A DNA stretch of 64,000 nucleotides from Crateriforma spongiae (GTDB lineage: Bacteria; Planctomycetota; Planctomycetia; Pirellulales; Pirellulaceae). Of this stretch, positions 61,555 to 64,000 are shown in pieces (position 1 is the first letter of the stretch; the number at the start of each line of letters is the position of its first letter). The notes beneath the pieces are model-generated. The model saw only the letters and a program-made list of their open reading frames with translations, was not told the DNA's origin and searched no databases. Location of the stretch: contig NZ_JAAXMS010000007.1 of the NCBI RefSeq assembly GCF_012290005.1, positions 41,991 to 105,990 of the forward strand, in the 5' to 3' direction. The position numbers were made by a program, and so were the translations under genes.

Positions 61555-62814
61555 ATGCGCTCCCGGCGAAACTCGACGACCGTGCTTCGTGCCGTCGCGA
61601 TCGGAGTTGCGGTGATAGCTTCGATTGCGATCGCTGATCGACGCTATGGAGATTCGCTTCATTCCTGGCGATTAAGTATCGAGTACCGAGTCGGAACAAA
61701 CTTCGTTGATACGGGGCAGTTTGCAAACGCGTTTTCCGACGAAAGTGGTCCGACGGGTTGGGTTGCCCCGATTCCGACCGTCCTGTTGGGTGTGGTTTGC
61801 AAGGCAATGAATCACGATGAGAAGCGGATATCGTTTTTTGTTTTGTTGCTAAATGCGTTTTGTTTGTTTTTGGGGGCCTTTTTCGTAGCAAACGGTGATC
61901 GTGTCGGGTTCTCGGTTCCCGTTGTCATCATTCTCTTGACTGCGTTTGGCTTTGAACGCTTGCTGCGTTATCAACCGGAAATCCTTTGCGTTCCAGCGAT
62001 CTCCTTGTGTTTTTTCAGCGCAGGCGAATCGTCTTGTCGATTGCTTCGTCTTTCCAAGCGGAAACTGCTTGTTGCGAAATATCTGAGCCAGAGTCTAGCT
62101 ATCTTAATTTCGCCTATCGTGGGTCTTGCGCTCACAGTGCACTCCGCCGTCGGGTTTGGTCGTGCGCATGGTAGATTTGTGAAAACGGCGTTTGCCTTGT
62201 CGTGCGTCCTTTCACTTGGGTTGGTAATCCTGTGCTCAGTTCGGAACTGGTGGGTTGTCGGGTTGCCAGGATTCGTTAAGACCAACGGTTGGTACGAACT
62301 GTACCAGTCCCAGGTTCTGGATGATGACGGCGTGTTGGATGCGATTACACTTGATCAGCATCCCATTTCGGTGAATTCAAGGGCCCACCTTGATTACTGC
62401 TCAGTTGGTGAAGCCCAATTCATTCGGCAATCCCGAAGTCGCTGTATTGAAGCGATATTACGTAGTCCACTGGAATATTTGAATCGGGTTGTGTACCGAT
62501 TGGCTTCGTTGGTTTTGGGCAGTTTCGTGTTCTGTGGCCAACTTCGACATGCTGATGTGTTTCGTCTGATGGTGTTCGGCGCGGTGCATGGAACAATTGC
62601 TTTCCACTTGGTGGTTCACCCAAATCGCAAGCCGTCTTTTGACCACGCTGTGTTTCTGATTGCACTCTTGGCGGCGCCGTATGTTCTTGTGTCGTTCTAT
62701 GAAAGGTACCGCATCATCTTTTTTCCACCCGTCTATGTTGCGTTCCGATTGTCCATCGAGGCTCTCGCCGGATGTTGGTGGCGACGGGGCCCTGCCATCA
62801 ACCCAGGGATGTAG
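61555..62814 (+). CDS. hypothetical polytopic membrane protein (~8-10 TM, Cys-rich)
   Basis: ATG 9 nt after the upstream stop, with multiple hydrophobic helices; no recognisable family. Confidence 0.55.
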   Translation: MRSRRNSTTVLRAVAIGVAVIASIAIADRRYGDSLHSWRLSIEYRVGTNFVDTGQFANAFSDESGPTGWVAPIPTVLLGVVCKAMNHDEKRISFFVLLLNAFCLFLGAFFVANGDRVGFSVPVVIILLTAFGFERLLRYQPEILCVPAISLCFFSAGESSCRLLRLSKRKLLVAKYLSQSLAILISPIVGLALTVHSAVGFGRAHGRFVKTAFALSCVLSLGLVILCSVRNWWVVGLPGFVKTNGWYELYQSQVLDDDGVLDAITLDQHPISVNSRAHLDYCSVGEAQFIRQSRSRCIEAILRSPLEYLNRVVYRLASLVLGSFVFCGQLRHADVFRLMVFGAVHGTIAFHLVVHPNRKPSFDHAVFLIALLAAPYVLVSFYERYRIIFFPPVYVAFRLSIEALAGCWWRRGPAINPGM

Positions 62815-62827
62815 TGTTTCATTCGTC

Positions 62828-63135
62828 GTAGGCCACGTGGTGGGTGACGGGAAGCTGATTCGACGTGGGCAAAAAGGTGTACCCGTTGGCTTACCGGCGT
62901 GGTTGTCATGCGGAGCATGACCTACGGATGTAGGTCACGCTGTGCGTGACGGGAACCCAGATTCGACGTGGGCAAAAAGGTGTACCCGTTGGCCTACCGA
63001 CGTGGTTGTCATGCGGAGCATGACCTACGGATGTAGGTCACGCTGTGCGTGACGGGAAGCTGATTCGACGTGGGCAAAAAAGGTGTACCCGTTGGCCTGC
63101 CGGCGTGGTTGTCATGCGGAGCATGACCTACGGAT
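62828..63135. repeat. 3x tandem ~103-bp repeat, each unit carrying three 7-bp-stem hairpins (GTCACGC-tgt-GCGTGAC; GTCATGC-gga-GCATGAC; GACCTAC-ggat-GTAGGTC across unit junctions)
   Basis: Direct read; the units are 62828-62929, 62930-63032 and 63033-63135, with few substitutions. It sits between convergent genes. Confidence 0.9.
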
Positions 63136-63154
63136 GTGGTGACTGAGACTTGTC

Positions 63155-64000
63155 TTAGTAGACTGATTCAGCGACCGGTTGTTCCTGGTCCCAGGTGCAG
63201 CGTTTGACGTACCACTGGCGATCGCCGGTTTCCGCGTCGATTTTGAATGCCATCGTGACGATGATGTCGTTCTTGAACGGATCGGTGTGATTGTTCCAAT
63301 TCGTCTCCACGTATTGTTCGCCAAAGTGGGTGTACATCCGGGCCGAGCCGACTTGAAACAATTCGATATCGCCGCCGATGTCTTCCAAGGCGGCGACGCA
63401 ATCGTCTTCCTTGTAGTTTTCCATCGGCGACATCCCCATGCCATCTTCCATCGCCCGCACTTCGGCTTCCAGTTGTTCGTAGTGGGTCACAAGCGGTGTG
63501 CCGGGTGAAACGCGGTTGATGTGATCCTTGCGCATTTCCATCACCATTTCGCGGTCGCCGCGGGCCATCAGCCGCAAGTACTCTTTAGCGAAATACGCCG
63601 ATTCAGTGCCCACCGTTTGCGTTGCCAGCAAAGGCATCAGAGTTCCGCAAACACCAAAGCCCACCGCCAAAACCATTCCGATCTTGGCCGGTAGGGTCCC
63701 GATCGGTCGGCCGCGGTCGCTAGGCCGCAACGCGATCAACCCAAGCAGGATCGCGATCACGGGAAGCACCAACAGAGGCGTGCCCAGCAGACAAAATACG
63801 CTGGCCAGCCCCGCTAGTAGTGCGAAAAAACCCGAGGCGCGAATGGGCGTGGGTTGTTCTTCCACCCCGTACCCGGTTTCGGCACCGATCAAAGGCGAAC
63901 TGGACAACGAATCGCTGACAGCGGTCGTATCGGACATTGCGGAATCGACGAAGCAAGTGGGAACGTTGGTTTGGGAAGCTTCGGCCGTGCGATGACGCAA
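63155..64000 (-). CDS. hypothetical membrane protein (N-terminus beyond window end)
   Basis: Long ORF with TM segments (FFALLAGLASVFCLLGTPLLVLPVIAILLGLIAL); genome-typical GC. Confidence 0.5.
   Translation of the reverse strand: MRHRTAEASQTNVPTCFVDSAMSDTTAVSDSLSSSPLIGAETGYGVEEQPTPIRASGFFALLAGLASVFCLLGTPLLVLPVIAILLGLIALRPSDRGRPIGTLPAKIGMVLAVGFGVCGTLMPLLATQTVGTESAYFAKEYLRLMARGDREMVMEMRKDHINRVSPGTPLVTHYEQLEAEVRAMEDGMGMSPMENYKEDDCVAALEDIGGDIELFQVGSARMYTHFGEQYVETNWNNHTDPFKNDIIVTMAFKIDAETGDRQWYVKRCTWDQEQPVAESVY

Larger units (their letters stand above)
56219..63154. other. candidate horizontally acquired island: AT-richer block with five co-directional unknown genes, ending in a tandem hairpin repeat
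   Basis: Visible drop in GC (for example 59761-59820), tightly spaced + strand ORFs, and a return to about 60% GC at 63155. No integrase or tRNA was found in the window. Confidence 0.45.

Noticed and set aside
62828-63135. Tandem repeat considered as a CRISPR array
   Set aside because: Units are about 103 bp and nearly identical end to end, with no short repeat/unique spacer alternation. No cas genes are in the window.

Overview
This 64 kb window is high-GC (about 60%) chromosomal DNA with the hallmarks of a Planctomycetota (Pirellulaceae-like) genome. Two DUF1559 proteins carry a prepilin-type N-terminus (GFTL(V/I)ELLVVI) and an H-X9-DG C-terminal motif. There are three CxPxR sulfatases, three Tat-signal periplasmic redox or isomerase enzymes, a DUF1080 protein, and no rRNA, tRNA or CRISPR array. 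Housekeeping genes I recognise are metG, recQ, trhO(yceA) and an error-prone polymerase dnaE2 (imuC). Accessory content: (i) a sulfated-sugar utilisation cluster at 12.9-25.6 kb with sulfatases, Gfo/Idh/MocA oxidoreductases, a DapA/NanA-family lyase and a NanM-like beta-propeller fused to an SSS symporter; (ii) an NfeD(YqiJ)-flotillin(YqiK) operon followed by a 1748-aa AAA+ protein at 25.6-33.8 kb; (iii) a sulfotransferase, membrane-protein, DUF1559 and tail-anchored-protein operon at 50.3-55.1 kb; (iv) a clearly AT-richer island at about 55.4-63.1 kb. The island is led by a mobile-element-like gene that sits behind a perfect 4x CAGGGGTG (G-quadruplex-type) repeat abutting its start codon. It encodes five co-directional unknown proteins, three of them with an N-terminal signal peptide and a C-terminal TM anchor with a basic tail, and one with a C39-peptidase-like N-terminal motif. 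It ends in a 3x ~103-bp hairpin-rich tandem repeat. That island is my best candidate for an undescribed system. Gene starts were re-evaluated by hand; several ORF-track 'M' starts are GTG or TTG read-through extensions.
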